Below are positions 62,554-64,000 of a DNA stretch of 64,000 nucleotides, piece after piece. The stretch covers positions 15,748,001 through 15,812,000 of the forward strand of contig CM119376.1 of NCBI GenBank assembly GCA_051294905.1. Direction: 5' to 3'. Numbering within the stretch: position 1 is the first letter of the stretch; each line of letters opens with the position of its first letter. Made by a program: the position numbers and the translations under genes. The notes beneath the pieces were generated by a model that was not told the origin of the DNA, searched no databases, and worked only from the letters and a program-made list of their open reading frames with translations. The DNA is from Botryllus schlosseri (lineage: Eukaryota).

Positions 62554-63101
62554 GTGTACGCATGGTCGGTATAGCTGCTGTAAAGGTGTTGTCTTGCGGC
62601 ACGCATTGTATTCGTAGTTGCCAGAGGAGCCTGCGTCTGGTGGCAGTGGGCAATGAGCAAGGTAGCACGACAAGGTGCTTGGTTCCACCCCGAAACGCTT
62701 TTTCTCTCGATATCGCCGAAGAGAATAATATTATTAGTGTTGGCGTGGTCGGTTAAACGTTAAACCCACGGCTTTCGGTGCGAAAGACTGTAAACGACTC
62801 TCGGCCGTAGCACATTTATCTGGACAAGGCAATTTTACCTCGACTCAGCAGACTCACTATCATAAAATCACATGGACGCCATCATGAAGATAATTAATTA
62901 CGATCTTCAGAACCCTCTAAATGTCCCACTCTAGCACCATATAATTGCAAAAAACGGTTGCATACTTTACATTTTGGCTTCATTTCAATTCTGAAAGTTC
63001 ACCGGTCCGCCAGACATTTTTTGAAATTTTACCGGTCCGCAAGGTGAAAAAGGTTGAGAACCACTGGTGTAGAGTGTCATGAGATTTGCTTGTGCCCACA
63101 C

Positions 63102-63525
63102 TAGGGTTGCATTTAAAACAAAAATCAATTTAAAACAAACATGTTTAAAACAAGGCCCTAATTTAAAACATGTTTTTATTGTTGTTTTTTATAAGCCATG
63201 ACGTCATCAATATTCAATTGTGATGTCATAGTGGATTGACATTGACAATTGAAAATATAGGGTAAATATAGCTCCTCTGATGAGACAGCTCTACTAACAA
63301 TGTTGAACCGACTATTTTGCGGGCTCCATAACCATCCCATATCGATATACGTCGGCTATATCGGGTGGTAATTGTCCGTAGGCTCATACAACATGTTTTT
63401 TGGAAAGTATTTACACAATCATGGGATAATTTTACAACTTATAAAAAGGTCTTTTTTTAAAACACTGTTTAAAACATGTTTTAAACAAAGTGTTTTAAAA
63501 CGCCGTTTGTTTTAAATGCAACCCA
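63102..63525. mobile_element. TAGGGTTGCATT-family MITE (short subtype) inserted inside a same-family element
   Basis: Ends tagggttgcattta / taaatgcaaccca; perfect 8-bp TSD gcccacac. Confidence 0.88.
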
Positions 63526-64000
63526 GCCCACACCATTGTAGGACATTATGGTTCAAGACGTGGGTCGTGGGAAGCCTTTTTCGTCAAGGAGCCGTATTTA
63601 CGCTATATTTTCAATTGACAATGTCAATCCACCGCCATGGCTATAAAATAAAACATATAAAACATGTTTGCTTCAAGTTGATTTTTGTTTTAATTGCAAC
63701 CCTATAGTTATGTCAGGTTTTAAAAAGTGTCGTGATATAAATTGGGAAGTAAAGGCGGTTGTCACTCTGCATAGTAGATATCTAATTATCCACTCATGAT
63801 GTTAACATTTTGCTTATATCAGATTGTTAGCTTACAGCAGTGAAGAGGACAGGATATTTGTGGGATGACTTATGTTAACAAAAATTTATTATAGACCAAA
63901 GACTCGCCTTGGTCCTTTGTTATTGACATCGCCACATTTTTTCATAGTATCGAATGTGAGCACTGAGCAGTCAGCCTTATTACTTTCATGTTTTTCCTGC

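Larger units (their letters stand above)
61845..63066. mobile_element. Buster-type hAT element nested in 61445-63704
   Basis: TIR cagtggttctcaacc / ggttgagaaccactg; perfect TSD gtgtagag. Confidence 0.92.
61445..63704. mobile_element. TAGGGTTGCATT-family MITE (long subtype) expanded by nested insertions
   Basis: Ends taaggttgcattt / aattgcaacccta; both halves are collinear with 2378-2901; flanks gagttatgac / tagttatgtc. Confidence 0.8.

Overview
Eukaryotic, intron-rich animal genomic DNA. It is AT-rich and dense in MITEs; a marine invertebrate deuterostome such as an ascidian is plausible, but that is inference only. Four spliced protein-coding genes were rebuilt by hand from GT-AG junctions with consistent phases. 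(1) + strand class A GPCR resembling GPR84/Tre1/Moody (97-15414, 8 exons, ~1220 aa) with a ~840-aa third intracellular loop. (2) - strand TMTC2 O-mannosyltransferase (33772 down to ~17300, 9 exons); its TPR array stops after about 3 repeats, so it is either truncated or the GPCR is nested in one of its introns. (3) + strand FAM167-family gene (45297-48333). (4) The 3' part of a - strand TASK-type K2P channel (61113-53335) with a ~740-aa C-terminal tail. Introns and intergenic DNA hold more than 25 non-autonomous DNA transposons (mostly hAT, many with checkable 8-bp TSDs, often nested), a MULE/foldback element and two tRNA-derived SINE copies. No transposase ORF was recognised. The most unusual signals are two families of ultra-small (24-40 bp) palindromic insertions with their own target-site duplications. 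One family has 7-bp TSDs and an empty-site control in the window. The other carries the TCTAGA target preferred by Buster-type hATs.
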